This document shows, piece by piece, positions 38,916-51,832 of a DNA stretch of 64,000 bases. The translations under genes and the position numbers were made by a program. The stretch lies in NCBI GenBank assembly GCA_037044955.1, contig JBAOHX010000001.1, positions 107,140 through 171,139 of the forward strand, read 5' to 3'. Each line of letters opens with the position of its first letter. Position 1 is the stretch's first letter. Origin of the DNA: Rhodoblastus sp. (GTDB lineage Bacteria > Pseudomonadota > Alphaproteobacteria > Rhizobiales > Beijerinckiaceae). Under the pieces are notes generated by a model. The model made no database searches. It saw nothing but the letters and a program-made list of their open reading frames with translations, and was not told where the DNA came from.

Positions 38916-40472
38916 TCAGCTCTCGAGCCAGACGCCTTCGTATTTCGGCTTGCCCAGAAGATTGGGCTTGAAGCCCTTCACCTTCGACGACAGCGCATCC
39001 AGCTCGAACTGGAAGGCGAGCGGGCAGACGAGCGCGTTTTCCATGACGACGCGCTGCACCTTCGAAAAGGCCTTCTTGCGCTCGTCGAGATTTTCGGTGA
39101 TGCGCGTCGCCTTCAGCGCATCCGGCAAGTCGGCCGGAACGTCCGCGCGCCCGGCGTTGAAATACGAATCCTTCGAATACATCAGCGTGTAGGTGAGGCT
39201 CGGGTCCGGTCGTCCGGTCCATGCAGACAGCAGGCCCGCGCCTTTCTTGTCCTTGCCGAAGAAGGCGGCGCTCATTTCGGCGATCGAGCCGTTGGTGAAT
39301 TTCGCCTTCAGTCCGACCTTGGCGAATTGCTCGATCAGGATTTCCTCGCGGCGGATCGAATCCTGGTCGGTGTAGCCGATCAGGTCGAGTTCGAAGCCCT
39401 GCGGGACGTTCGCTTCCTTCAGCAGCGCGCGCGCCTTGTCGAGGTCGTGCGGATAGAGCTTGGCGACCTCGGCGTCGTAGGCCCAATGCGAGGAGGGCAG
39501 GTTCATGAAGGCCGGCTCGCCGACGCCTTCCAGTGTCGCCTTGACGAAGGTCGCGCGATCGACCGCGTAGTTGAGCGCCTTGCGCACGCGGATGTCGTCG
39601 AACGGCGGCTTGCCCCAATTGTAGTAGATCTGCACGCAATAGACCGTCGGTCCCGTCGCCTGCTGGATGTTGGAGGCGCGCGCCAGCACCGCCTTCTGGC
39701 GCGCGGGCAGCGCATAGGCGACATGGTTCTGGCCGGCGACGACCGAGCGCACGCCGGTCGCCACTTCCGGAATGATCGCGAATTCGATGCCGTCGACGTA
39801 ACGCTCGTTCGCGCGCCAGTATTTCTCGTAGCGCTTGACGACCAGCTTCTCGTTGTCGGTCCAGCTCACGAATTCATAGGCGCCGGCGCCGACGGGCTTG
39901 CGGTCGATATTGCCGTTCGCCTTCACGGCGGCCGGCGAGACCATCATGCCGGCGCGATCCGAGAGAATGCCCGGCAGAGCGGCGTCGGGTTGCGACAGTT
40001 TCAGCGTCACCTGTTGCGGACCGGTGACCTCGATGGACGAGACGGTCGCGAGGTCCGCCTTGATGTTCGAGCGCTGCTCGGTCTTCGCGCGTTCGAAATT
40101 GAATTTCACCGCTTCGGCGTCGAGCGGCGTCCCGTCGTGGAAGGTCACGCCCGAACGAATGTTCAGAACCAGCGTCTGCGGATCCGGGAAGGACCATTGC
40201 GCGAGGCCGGGCTTCGGCTTCAGCGTTTCGTAGTCCCACTCCACCAGCGTGTCGTACATCGGGTAGAGCATCGTGTGGTCGGAGCCCGCGCCGCCGGTCT
40301 GCGGATCGAGGCTCGACGGATTGGCGTTGGCGGAGACTTTCAGCACGCCGCCCTTCTTCGGCGCGCCCTGCGCGAGCGCGGACGTATCGATCAGCGCGGC
40401 CGCGCCCGCGGCGCCGGCCAGCGCCATCGCTTCGCGGCGCGTCAACCGACCGAATTGCTTGCGGTCTCCCAT
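38916..40472 (-). CDS. ABC transporter substrate-binding protein, family 5 (peptide/nickel/opine type), Tat signal
   Basis: ATG 40472 (AGGGAGGG Shine-Dalgarno sequence) within ORF 38916..40619. Leader RLTRREAMALAGAAGAAAL, then GGVLKVSANANPSSLDPQ. Confidence 0.9.
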   Translation of the reverse strand: MGDRKQFGRLTRREAMALAGAAGAAALIDTSALAQGAPKKGGVLKVSANANPSSLDPQTGGAGSDHTMLYPMYDTLVEWDYETLKPKPGLAQWSFPDPQTLVLNIRSGVTFHDGTPLDAEAVKFNFERAKTEQRSNIKADLATVSSIEVTGPQQVTLKLSQPDAALPGILSDRAGMMVSPAAVKANGNIDRKPVGAGAYEFVSWTDNEKLVVKRYEKYWRANERYVDGIEFAIIPEVATGVRSVVAGQNHVAYALPARQKAVLARASNIQQATGPTVYCVQIYYNWGKPPFDDIRVRKALNYAVDRATFVKATLEGVGEPAFMNLPSSHWAYDAEVAKLYPHDLDKARALLKEANVPQGFELDLIGYTDQDSIRREEILIEQFAKVGLKAKFTNGSIAEMSAAFFGKDKKGAGLLSAWTGRPDPSLTYTLMYSKDSYFNAGRADVPADLPDALKATRITENLDERKKAFSKVQRVVMENALVCPLAFQFELDALSSKVKGFKPNLLGKPKYEGVWLES

Positions 40473-40473
40473 G

Positions 40474-41498
40474 TCACCCTCCCTGTTGCGACAGGCCGGC
40501 TTTGTCGCCGGCGTTTGTTTCGTCGTTGCAGAATTGTTCCGCGAAATGACATGCCGCCCAATGATCCCGCGCAATTTCCCGCCACTCCGGCGCGCGTTGC
40601 GCGCAGAGCTCGGCGGCATGGGCGCAGCGCGTTCGGAAATGGCAGCCGGACGGCGGATTGATCGGGCTCGGGATCTCGCCTTCGAGCAGGATGCGTTCGC
40701 CCGTGCGCATATGCGACGGCAATGGCTCGGGCTCGGCGGACAGAAGGGCGCGCGTGTAGGGATGGATCGCCGCCTCCGTCACCGCCTCAGCAGGCCCGAG
40801 CTCCACCAGTCGGCCGAGATAGGCGACGGCGATGCGGTCGCTGATGTGCGAGACGACGGACAGGTCGTGCGTGATGAACAGGTAGGTGAGGCCGAGTTCG
40901 CGCTGCAGTTCGGCGAAGAGGTTGAGCACGTCGCCGCGAATGGACATGTCGAGCGCCGCCACCACTTCGTCGCAGACGATCAGCTCGGGCTTCATCGTCA
41001 GGGTGCGCGCGATGACGACGCGCTGCTTCTGGCCGCCGGAGAGCTGATGCGGATAGCGCGCGCCGATTTCCTCCGGCAGGCCGACGCGCGCGAGCGCCTG
41101 CATGGCTGCGCGGCGGCGATCCTCGACCGCGCCGAGGCCGGCGATCGCCAGCGGCTCCATGACGGAGGAGAGGATCGTGCTGCGCGGATTGAGCGCGGCG
41201 TTCGGGTCCTGGAACACGATCTGCCAGGCGCGGCGCGCGGCGCGGAATTCGCGCGCCGACAGCGTCGCGGCGTCGACGCCGTCGTGCAGGATCGAGCCCG
41301 CCGTTGGCGCCGTGAGATGCACGACGGCGCGGCCGATGGTCGTCTTGCCGGAGCCGGATTCGCCGATCAGGCCGAAGGTCTCGCCCTTGAAAATGTCGAA
41401 GGAGACGCCGTCGACCGCCTTCACCGTCGCGCCGCGTTCGGCGGCCGGAAACTCGATGCGCAGGTCGCGCACGGAGAGCGTGGGCGTGCGGGCGTCGC

Positions 41499-41502
<4 letters not shown>
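40474..41502 (-). CDS. ABC transporter ATP-binding protein (DppF/OppF-type)
   Basis: Tail of ORF 40474..42564 from ATG 41502 (MSDARTPTLSVRDL...). Walker A GESGSGKTT, signature LSGGQKQR, Walker B LIVCDE. C-terminal Cys-rich oligopeptide-type extension. Confidence 0.9.
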
Positions 41503-42529
<1,027 letters not shown>

Positions 42530-42533
<4 letters not shown>

Positions 42534-44881
42534 GCGGCGCCGCGCTCCGCGGCCTCGGCCACAACGAGCTGGTCGCCGATCACGCCTGCGCGCTCGAGTT
42601 CGTCGATCTCGGCCTCGGAAAGTCCCAGCAATTCGCCGAGCACCGCACGATTGTATTGCCCGAGCGTCGGCGAAGGCGAGCGAACCGGGTAGGGCGCAGC
42701 AGCCTCGCGCACGGCGGCGGCAGGCTGCGCGTGCCGCCCGATGTAGGCGCGCTCGGACCAGAGCCAGTAGTTCGCGCGCGACGAGATGCGGATCCGTCGA
42801 GCAGATCGAGCGGCCGCCGCGCCACGCCGGCGGCGACGCCGATCTCCTGCAACGCGCTCATCGCCGCGTCGGGCGTGCGCGCGCGCGTCCATGCAGTCAG
42901 CGCGACATCCACGCTCTTGCGTGGCCTGACGCGCGAGATCGGGGCGCGCGAGCAGCGCCGCAAGCCGCGTCCATGCGGCCTCGTCCGTGACGGCGATCGA
43001 AATCCAGGCGTCTTCGCCCGCGCACGGATAAATCCCGCTCGGCGCATGATCGGGATGGCGCCCGGCGGAGCGTTGCGGCGTCGTTCCATCGGCGGAATGC
43101 GCCGCGATCCATGGGCCGACCATCTGCATCATGCATTCGACCTGCGAGAGGTCGATGTGCTGGCCTTCGCCCGTCCGCCGCGCATGCAGCAGCGCGGCCA
43201 TCAGCGCCGCCATGCCGGCCAGGCCGCCGACCGGATCGCCATAGGCCGGGTGGCCCATGACAGGCGGATCGCCGGGGCGCCCGAGCAGGTGCGGCAGGCC
43301 CGAGCCCTGCTCCAGCGTCGAGCCATAGGCGCGGCAATCGCGCCACGGGCTGGACGCGCCGAAAGCCGACATGGACAAGGTGACGAGCCGCGGATTCTCA
43401 GCGCGAAAAATCGCGGGGGCGAGGCCGAGTTTCGGCAGCACCTCGACGGAATAATTCTCGACCACAGCGTCCGCGCGCGCGGCCAGCGCCTTGGCGATGC
43501 GCACGCCCTCGGGCCGCGTCAGATCGACGGCGACGCCGCGCTTGTTGCGATTCATGACGGCGAAGCGGCCGGTCTTCTCGTAGAGCTTTTCGCGCAAGAC
43601 GTTGGGGCGGCGGTCGACGCCGCGCCACCAGTCCGGATAGGAGCAGGCTTCGATCTTGATGACGTCGGCGCCGAGGTCGGCGAGCGTGCGCGCGCAGAGC
43701 GGACCGGCCCATCCCATGGTGAAATCGAGGATGCGGAAGCCCGCCAGAGGCAGCGCGCCTTTCGCGGCGGCCGGCGTGTCGAAACGCGGCGCTTGCTCGC
43801 GCGGCGCCCACGCCGGGGCGCCGCCGCCCTTTCGCGCGAGAATCGCTTCAACGGTCGGCGGCGTGCGCGTCAGCCGCAGCGGCGACGCCGGCGCGCGCAA
43901 CGTCCTCTCGCCATCGCGAATCGAAGCGATGGCGCCGCGCGTGAGAAATTCGGGAGAGGACGCGAGGTCCTCGAGCTTCGGCACGACGACGATCGGCAGC
44001 TTGCGTTTCAATCCTTCCTGGAACCAGTGCGCGGCCGGCTTCTCCGCGAGCCGCGGCGCGAATTGCGCTTCCAGTTCGTCGGCATGCGGCAGGCGCTCGA
44101 GCCCTGTCGTGAAATGCGGCGCGGCGCCGAGTTCGGGCAGGCCCAGCATGTCGCAGAAGCCGCGCCATTGCGCCGGCGTGACCATGGTCGCGCCGATCCA
44201 GCCGTCGCGCGCGCGATAGACGCCGAGCGGATAGGTGGGCGCGAAACGGCCGATGCCCGCGCGCTCCTGCGGCGCGCCGCGCAGCGCCGCCTCCGCGACC
44301 TGATATTCGGCGAGCGTGACGCAGGCTTCGTGGACGCTGGCCTCGAACCGCCGTCCGCCGTCGCGCGCCCGGGCGACGAGCCCGGCGCAGGCGGCGATGA
44401 AAGCCCAGAGGCCAGCCACATAGCCGGCCTGAAAATCCGGCGCGGCCATCGGCGGCCCTTCCTTCGGTCCGACGAGTTGCGCCAGCCCGGCCAGCGCGCG
44501 CACGGTCGCGTCGGTCGCCGCATGGTCGCGATACGGGCCGCTGCGCCCGAACCAGCTCGCGTCGATCACGATCAGATCGTGGTTTTCGGGCAGCGCCGGC
44601 GCCTCGGCCGCGCCGAGAACAAGCACGTCGCAGTCGCGGATGAGCGCCGCCGCGTCGGCGTCGTGCAAATATGCGAGACGCTTGCCGAAATTCAGGAAGG
44701 CGAAGGCCGCGCTCCGCCTGTCGTCCGCTTCGCCGAACAAGGGAGACGTCGCGCGAATGGGGTCGCCGCCGTCGGGTTCGAGTTTCAGGACGTCCGCGCC
44801 GAAATCCGCGAACAGCCGCGCGCACCAGGACGCCGAGGCGAGCGAACCCAGTTCGAGGACGCGAAGCCCCGCAAACGCCAT
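42530..44881 (-). CDS. Tandem-domain family III CoA-transferase (two CaiB/BaiF-like modules); local compensating frameshifts at ~42775-42930
   Basis: ORF 42530..44881. Module 1 starts LRVLELGSLASASWCARLFADFGADVLKLE and module 2 starts FRILDFTMGWAGPLCARTLADLGADVIKIE. Between ~42915 and ~42775 the conserved sequence (KSVDVALTAWTRARTPDAAMSALQEIGVAAGVARRPLDLLD / DPHLVAR / NYWLWSERAYIG) lies in the other two frames. Confidence 0.8.
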
Positions 44882-45156
44882 GTCTCCTCCGGGGCGCCGA
44901 GCTGGAGACTTCCAGCGTCCTGCGCTTTGTCGCCGCTTCGGCGGCTGTTGGATCGAGCATGACGAGCGCGCGCGCCGCGGGCAAGCAAAAATGCGCTCGG
45001 CCGCCGCGCATGGCCCGCATTCGCGGCGCGCGCGGCTGGTGGGAGACGCCGTCAGGCGGTCGTTTGGAAATTAGACGAATTAAAAAGGCGCAGCCTGACC
45101 CTTCAAGCCCGACGCAGGATCGTGTTACGCGCCAAGGGAGATCGAAAGAGCCGCAC

Positions 45157-45384
45157 ATGATCGTCTGTTCCTGCAATCGCATCTCCGACCGCGATATCGA
45201 GAATTGCGCCACGACGCCGAAGAACGTCGCGGCCGCCTTCCGCGCGCTGGGTCGCGCGCCGCGATGCGGGCGCTGCGCCGGCGGGATCGACGAGGTTCTC
45301 AAGGCCGCGCGCGCCCGCGATTGCGATCATTGCGTCCCCGGCCGCTGCGATTGCGCCGAGCTCGGCGCGCAGGACGCGGCGTGA
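45157..45384 (+). CDS. bfd: Bacterioferritin-associated ferredoxin-like (2Fe-2S)-binding protein
   Basis: ATG 45157 in ORF 44671..45384. MIVCSCNRISDRDI...GRAPRCGRCAG is the BFD-like C-x-C...C-x2-C cluster motif. Confidence 0.8.
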   Translation: MIVCSCNRISDRDIENCATTPKNVAAAFRALGRAPRCGRCAGGIDEVLKAARARDCDHCVPGRCDCAELGAQDAA

Positions 45385-45418
45385 CCTCCGCTTCGTCACA
45401 TCCGCGGCGGCCGCGCTC

Positions 45419-45667
45419 ATGGACGAATTGAACGGCCGCCTGGTCGCCTGCCAGCTCATGATCGCGGGCCTGGCGGCGCGCCTCGCCAACGCCTCGCCGG
45501 ATCCGCTGCGCTTCATCACGGATTTCCGCGACGAGATGCATGCGGTCGTCTCCGGCGTGCGCCTTTCCGGCGAGGAGGAGGAAACGGCCGTGCGCGCGTC
45601 GGCGCGGCGCACGCTCGATGAATTGTTTTCGCTGATGAAGGGGCCGTCCAACTCCGCCGAGGGATGA
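45419..45667 (+). CDS. Hypothetical protein (82 aa)
   Basis: ORF 45419..45667. Protein-like composition (MDELNGRLVACQLMIAGLAARL...LDELFSLMKG). No recognisable domain. Confidence 0.4.
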   Translation: MDELNGRLVACQLMIAGLAARLANASPDPLRFITDFRDEMHAVVSGVRLSGEEEETAVRASARRTLDELFSLMKGPSNSAEG

Positions 45668-45686
45668 GCCCGGCGCGCTGCCGAGA

Positions 45687-46226
45687 CTAGATCTCGACGC
45701 GACGGATCCGGTCCGTCGTCAGTGCGAACGCCCCGAGCCGCCAAAGGTCTTCCGCGATGGCCCGACCGCACGGCGCTTGCGTCAGCACCAGCGCCGCGGC
45801 GTCGACTCCGATCGAATTGCCGTCGATGGCGGCTTGCAGGCCAAGAAGAAACTCGCCCTCGCAGGATGTCAGCACGTCTTGCGCGTCGCGCAGGAAGTGG
45901 AAGCCGAACTCGCGCTCACGCCGCAGGGCGCGCGCGATCGACACGAGCGTCCTCACATAGTCGACAGCCATGAGCCGCTCGAACTGGCGCTCGGCAAGCT
46001 CGTAAGCCCGCGCGAGATGAGACATGTCGGCGTCTTCCTGCGCCGAAAGAACCAGGCGAAGGCAGTCGACGGCGAGCGCCTCGCGTCTGGACCGCGCGAA
46101 GTCGCGCACGACAATGCGTGTCTCAGCGTCTTTCATTCCGATGCGCCCGCTCGCGCCGCGCGCGTCCGAGACGGCAGGCCAGGACGTCGTTCGCGTCGAC
46201 AGGATTTCGTGGTGCGCGTCGAACAT
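45687..46226 (-). CDS. Hypothetical protein (~179 aa)
   Basis: ORF 45687..46421 with ATG 46226 (MFDAHHEILS...). Divergent from the TonB-dependent receptor. No recognisable domain. Confidence 0.45.
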   Translation of the reverse strand: MFDAHHEILSTRTTSWPAVSDARGASGRIGMKDAETRIVVRDFARSRREALAVDCLRLVLSAQEDADMSHLARAYELAERQFERLMAVDYVRTLVSIARALRREREFGFHFLRDAQDVLTSCEGEFLLGLQAAIDGNSIGVDAAALVLTQAPCGRAIAEDLWRLGAFALTTDRIRRVEI

Positions 46227-46371
46227 GTCGGTCTCCCCGGGCCCGATTGCCTGAGCGGAATCGATACGTGCGCATCTCGAAGTCAGCAACGAATTATCGT
46301 CGCGAGACGCAAGATTAGAAGACGCATAATTCGCAAATCGGAACGCCGTCGCGCACGAGAACGCTTTGCGA

Positions 46372-46388
46372 CTTAGAACAATTCCAGA
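46372..46388. promoter_or_regulatory. ICE-like (Irr-box-like) motif upstream of the TonB-dependent receptor
   Basis: cTTAGAAcaaTTCcAgA matches 11 of 14 defined positions of the TTTAGAA-N3-TTCTAAA iron control element. It lies 133 bp upstream of ATG 46521, and irr is encoded 5 kb away. Confidence 0.3.
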
Positions 46389-46520
46389 GTGTATTTTTCG
46401 ACGCGTTCCAATGTGAAGCATCGGAAGCCTCTTTCAATTGACTCGTGCTCGCGCGTTGCGGCATTGCTCGTTGCAATGCGCCGGAAAGGCGCTTGGAACT
46501 TGTCGAAAAGAGGATTTGTG

Positions 46521-49070
46521 ATGAGCGCCATCAAGTCGCCGAGATCATTGCGTGGCGAGCGTGTGGCGCATCATGCGCGTCAACCTTCCGAACGCGCCGT
46601 AGGCACGTCTCTCGCCTTTGCATGCATTGCGGCTGGCGGCGGCGCGGCGCAAGCGCAGACGCAACCCTCGACATTGCCGACCATGGTGGTCGATGCGCCG
46701 GTCGTGAAGCGTCGTCCCGTCGCCGCGCCGAAGCCGAGCGCCGCGCATGTTCGCGCGCGCGCCGCGATCCGCCAGCGCGCGCGCGCGCCTGCAGCCGCGA
46801 CGCCGGCTCCCGCGGCGCCGAGCCCTGCGCCCGTTCCGGCATTCGCGCGCCTGCCCAGCGACAATCCCTATGCGCAGGCGGGCAGCCCCTACAAGGTGAA
46901 CCGCCTGCAGTCGAAGAAGTTCTCCGAGCCGATCGCCAACACGCCGCGCACCATCACCGTGCTGTCGAAGGAAGTGCTGGAAGACAAGGGCGCCACCAGC
47001 CTGCGCGAACTCGGGCGCAGCACCGCCGGCGTCACGCTCGGCACGGGCGAGGGCGGCAACGCTTTCGGCGATCGCTTCTTCATCCGCGGCTTCGATACGC
47101 GCAACGACGTCTTCCTCGACGGCATCCGCGATCCGGCGGTCAGCGTGCGCGAGAATTTCTTCACCGAGCAGGTCGAAATCCTGCGCGGGCCCGCGTCCTC
47201 CTTCGCGGGGCGCGGCACGGCCGGCGGCGCGATCAACATCGTCACCAAGAAGGCGAATACGGACGGCAATTTCCGCATCATGGAAGGCACGGGATCGCCG
47301 ACCGATCGCGGCGGCCGCTTCACGGTCGACGTCAACCAGGCGATCAATTCCGATCTCGCGGTGCGCGTGAACGGCCTCTACCAGAACCAGAAGATCCCCG
47401 GCCGCGATTTCGTCACCGATAATCGCGCCGGCGCGTCTGTCTCGGTCGTCTACAAGCCGATCGAGCCGTTGAAAATCTCGCTCGACTACATTCATACCGA
47501 CCTGTGGGGCCTGCCCGATTTCGGCGTGCCCTACAACAGGTTCGGCACGAACCGGCCGTTCACGGAAGGCTTCACCAATCGCAATCTCTGGTACGGTTTC
47601 GTCAATCGCGACTTCCAGAAGATCAGGCAGGATATCGGCACGGCGGGCGTCGAGTACCAGTTGAACGATCACGTCACGCTGTCGTCGCGCTTCCGTCGTC
47701 AGCAATCGCTGCTCGACTATGTCGGCACGCTGGCGCAGGGCGCCTCGTTCGCGACGGCCATTCCCGGCGGCCAGGTCAATCTCAGCCCGCAGAGCCGCTA
47801 CCAGCAGACGGCGGTCATCGCGAGCCAGAACGACGCCACCATCAAGTTCGACACCGGGCCTGTCATGCACACCTCGGTCGTCGGTACGGAAATCTCGCAC
47901 GAGCAGATCACCCGCGACAGCTATACTGGCCTGTCGTCGGAATTGTTCGGCGGCGGCGCCTTCAACGGCAATGGAACGGCGATCGGCGGCATTCTCTTTC
48001 CGCCCAATCTCCTTCCGTTCAACACCAAGCCGACGCTCGCCGGCAATCCGACGAACATCGTGGTGGACAGCAAGTCCGCCTATCTCATCCACACCGCCAA
48101 CTACAACGACTTCATCATCGTCAACGGCGGCCTGCGCATGGACGACTACCGCATCTCGTCCTACTCGCCGACGGTGGCGGCGGCGGCGGTGTTCAATCCG
48201 GGCGTGCCGGCTCTGGTCAACAATTTCTACAACGCCTACGCCGGCGCGCACAGCACGTTGTTCAACTACAATGGCGGCCTCGTCGTGAAGCCGCTGCCGG
48301 GCTGGAGCCTCTACGCGGCCTATGCGACCTCGGCCAATCCGGTCGGCGCCGAACTCGACGGATCGGCCGCAGCCTACGGCGCGCTCAACGCCGCGTCCCA
48401 GATACTGGCGCCGGAAAAGAACAAGTCGGTCGAGGTCGGCTCCAAGCTCGAATTGTTCGACAAGCGGCTGCTGCTGACCGCCGCGCTTTTCCAGACGACC
48501 AAGACCAATGCGCGCGAGGTCTTCGGCACGAACGTCTACGGCAGCGGCGCCTACGAGATCAGGGGCATCGACCTCGGCGTCAACGGCAAGATCACGGACA
48601 GGTGGAGCGTGTTCGGCGGCCTCGTCTTCATGCATTCGAAGGTGACGCAGTCCAAGGCGCCGTCCAACGTCGGCCTGGCGCTCGCCAATCTCGCGCACGC
48701 CTCGTTCAGCCTGCTCTCCAAATATCAGCTGACCGACGAACTGGAGCTCGGCGGACAGGCCGTCTACAATTCGCGGCGTTACGGCGGCTCCCTGCTGGCG
48801 GCCAACGGCGGCGCGGCGATCAGCACGACGACCTTCCTGCCGGCGCCGACGGCGGCCAATCCCTTCCTCAACGTGCCGACCGTCCTGCCGTCCTACTGGC
48901 GGTTCGACGCTTTCGCCGAATACAAGATCACGCAGAACGTGACCGCCAAGGTGCAGGCGATCAACCTGTTCAACCGCACCTATTACGACGCCTTCTACCA
49001 GAGCGCGGCGCCCTTCGCGCAGATCGCGCCCGGCCGCAGCGTGCAGTTCAGCGTGAAGGCGACCTTCTGA
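46521..49070 (+). CDS. TonB-dependent siderophore receptor (Fiu/catecholate-receptor-like)
   Basis: ORF 46389..49070 with ATG 46521 (AAGAGGA Shine-Dalgarno sequence). Signal peptide ending AAQAQ, an Ala/Pro linker, the plug ([43 protein letters not shown]), a beta-barrel, and a terminal F. It is followed by piuC, as in the fiu-ybiX arrangement. Confidence 0.9.
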   Translation: MSAIKSPRSLRGERVAHHARQPSERAVGTSLAFACIAAGGGAAQAQTQPSTLPTMVVDAPVVKRRPVAAPKPSAAHVRARAAIRQRARAPAAATPAPAAPSPAPVPAFARLPSDNPYAQAGSPYKVNRLQSKKFSEPIANTPRTITVLSKEVLEDKGATSLRELGRSTAGVTLGTGEGGNAFGDRFFIRGFDTRNDVFLDGIRDPAVSVRENFFTEQVEILRGPASSFAGRGTAGGAINIVTKKANTDGNFRIMEGTGSPTDRGGRFTVDVNQAINSDLAVRVNGLYQNQKIPGRDFVTDNRAGASVSVVYKPIEPLKISLDYIHTDLWGLPDFGVPYNRFGTNRPFTEGFTNRNLWYGFVNRDFQKIRQDIGTAGVEYQLNDHVTLSSRFRRQQSLLDYVGTLAQGASFATAIPGGQVNLSPQSRYQQTAVIASQNDATIKFDTGPVMHTSVVGTEISHEQITRDSYTGLSSELFGGGAFNGNGTAIGGILFPPNLLPFNTKPTLAGNPTNIVVDSKSAYLIHTANYNDFIIVNGGLRMDDYRISSYSPTVAAAAVFNPGVPALVNNFYNAYAGAHSTLFNYNGGLVVKPLPGWSLYAAYATSANPVGAELDGSAAAYGALNAASQILAPEKNKSVEVGSKLELFDKRLLLTAALFQTTKTNAREVFGTNVYGSGAYEIRGIDLGVNGKITDRWSVFGGLVFMHSKVTQSKAPSNVGLALANLAHASFSLLSKYQLTDELELGGQAVYNSRRYGGSLLAANGGAAISTTTFLPAPTAANPFLNVPTVLPSYWRFDAFAEYKITQNVTAKVQAINLFNRTYYDAFYQSAAPFAQIAPGRSVQFSVKATF

Positions 49071-49749
49071 TGCTGATCTGCATCCCCGAAATCCTCAGCA
49101 AGGCGGAAGTCGCGGACTTCCGCCGGCTGATGGACGCCGTCGACTGGGAGGACGGACGCTCCACCGCCGGCGCGCAATCGGCGATGGTGAAGAAGAACGA
49201 TCAATTGCCGCCGGACTGCGATCTGGCGCGACGGCTCGGCGCGCGCATCGTCTCCGCGCTCACGCGCAACCCGACCTTCGTGTCGGCCGCCATTCCCCTG
49301 CAGATCTTTCCGCCTCTGTTCAATCGCTACGGCGTCGGCCAGAAATTCGGCATTCACGTCGACAACGCCGTGCGCGGCGACGCGCTGACCGGCCTGCGCA
49401 TCCGCACCGATCTCTCCGCCACGCTGTTCCTGGCCGAGCCCGAGGACTACGACGGCGGCGAACTCGTCGTCGAGGATTATTACGGCTCGCACGAAGTGAA
49501 GCTGCCGGCCGGCGATCTCGTTCTTTATCCCTCGAAGAGCCTGCACATGGTCACGGAAGTCACGCGCGGCGCGCGCGTCGCCTCCTTCATGTGGATGCAG
49601 AGCATGATCCGCGACGATCACGCGCGCAGCATGATCTTCGATCTCGACAATTCGATTCAGGCCCTGTGCGAGCGCCTCGGCCGCGACGATCCGGAAGCCG
49701 TGCGGCTCACCGGCGTCTATCACAACCTCATCAGATATTGGGCCGAGAC

Positions 49750-49753
<4 letters not shown>
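49070..49753 (+). CDS. piuC: Fe(II)/2-oxoglutarate-dependent PKHD-type hydroxylase (PiuC/YbiX family)
   Basis: ATG 49070 overlaps the receptor stop. FGIHVDNA (H-x-D), GGELVVED and SLHMV (distal His). 227 aa. Confidence 0.9.
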
Positions 49754-50544
<791 letters not shown>

Positions 50545-50547
50545 GTC

Positions 50548-51003
50548 ATGGGCTTCTCGCTCGGCGACGCCGACAGCGACGATCTCGCTGAATCCCACGA
50601 GATCAACGTCACGCCGTTCATCGACGTGATCCTGGTGCTGCTCATCATCTTCATGGTGGCGGCGCCGTTGTCGACCGTCGATCTGCCGGTCGATCTGCCG
50701 ACCTCGAGCGCGACGCCGCAGAAGCGCCCGGACAAGCCGACCTATGTGACGATTTCAGGCGATCTCGCGGTCTCGCTCGGCGAGACGCCGGTCAAGCGCG
50801 TCGATCTGGCGGCGGCGCTCGATGCGCAGCCGTCCGAGCAGGGCAAGGACCGTCGCATCTTCCTGCGCGCCGACCGCGGCGTGCCCTATGGCGAGATGAT
50901 GGACGTGCTCGAGCGCCTGCGCAAAGGCGGTTACCTCAAGGTCGCGCTCGTCGCGCTGGAAGCGGTCGGCGACAGGCCGGTCGACGCCAGGGGCAAGCCA
51001 TGA
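50548..51003 (+). CDS. exbD: ExbD/TolR biopolymer transport protein
   Basis: ORF 50548..51003. EINVTPFIDVILVLLIIFMV motif. Confidence 0.9.
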   Translation: MGFSLGDADSDDLAESHEINVTPFIDVILVLLIIFMVAAPLSTVDLPVDLPTSSATPQKRPDKPTYVTISGDLAVSLGETPVKRVDLAAALDAQPSEQGKDRRIFLRADRGVPYGEMMDVLERLRKGGYLKVALVALEAVGDRPVDARGKP

Positions 51004-51815
51004 TCGCGTCCGACGCCCTCCGCGCGCTCGCGCCCGGCCGCGCTGTCGCGGGCGTGTGGCTGACCGCAGCCCTCGTCGCCGGCTCGTTGCATATTGGCGC
51101 GGCGGGCGTGGCGGCTTGGACGTTGAGCGCCGACGATACGTTCGACGACGAGGGCGCGCCGGCGATCGAGCTCGCCATGGACATGGCCGCGCCGAAGACG
51201 GAGCAGACGGACCTGCCGCCCGGTCCCGAGGCCGACGCCTCCGCCGCCGCGCCGGAAAGCGCACAATCGGCTGCGAAAATGGAAGCGACCGACCGTCCGA
51301 AGGAAGAGGTCGTCGAAGCCGAAAATCCCGATCGCATCGTCGCGGTCGAGGAGCCGAAGAAGCCCGAGGAAAAGGCGGAGGAGCAGCAGCGTCGCTCCGA
51401 GGCGTCGACGGCGTCCATCGCTTCCGAGGCGACAGCCGCGCCGCGCCAGGAGGCCGCGCCGCCGGCCCCTGCGGCGCGCGCCCCGGTCATCGGCGCCGGG
51501 CAGAATGCGCAGAAGATGAAAGCAGAGTGGACCAAGCGCCTGTTCGCGCATCTCAGCCGTCACAAGCGCTATCCGCAGGGCGTGCGCCAGCGGCAGGCGG
51601 AGGCGCGCGTCCTGTTCACGCTCGATCGCGCCGGCCATGTGGTGACGGCGCAGGTGTCGAAGACGGCGGGCGATACGGCTTTCGACGGCGCCGCGCTCGA
51701 CATGATGAAGCGCTCGGACCCCGTGCCCGCGCCGCCGCCGCTGGTCGCGGACGAGGGGCTGACGTTCGAGATTCCCGTGGCGTTCCGGCCCGCCGCCGCG
51801 AACGCAGGGCGCTGA
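51000..51815 (+). CDS. tonB: Energy transducer TonB
   Basis: ORF 51000..51815. N-terminal anchor, a Pro/Glu/Lys-rich spacer, and a C-terminal TonB domain (YPQGVRQRQAEARVLFTLDRAGHVV...FEIPVAF). Confidence 0.85.
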   Translation: MIASDALRALAPGRAVAGVWLTAALVAGSLHIGAAGVAAWTLSADDTFDDEGAPAIELAMDMAAPKTEQTDLPPGPEADASAAAPESAQSAAKMEATDRPKEEVVEAENPDRIVAVEEPKKPEEKAEEQQRRSEASTASIASEATAAPRQEAAPPAPAARAPVIGAGQNAQKMKAEWTKRLFAHLSRHKRYPQGVRQRQAEARVLFTLDRAGHVVTAQVSKTAGDTAFDGAALDMMKRSDPVPAPPPLVADEGLTFEIPVAFRPAAANAGR

Positions 51816-51832
51816 ACGAGGGCGTCGGCGCG

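Noticed and set aside
37126-39639. Very long ORFs taken as single proteins: 37126..39639 (837 aa), 40474..42564 (696 aa), 3112..4779, 3432..6281, 38916..40619 and 6220..7428.
   Set aside because: Only the C-terminal portion downstream of an internal ATG shows real protein features, and that ATG often forms an ATGA overlap with the preceding gene. The upstream extensions are Arg-rich read-through across neighbouring genes in another frame.
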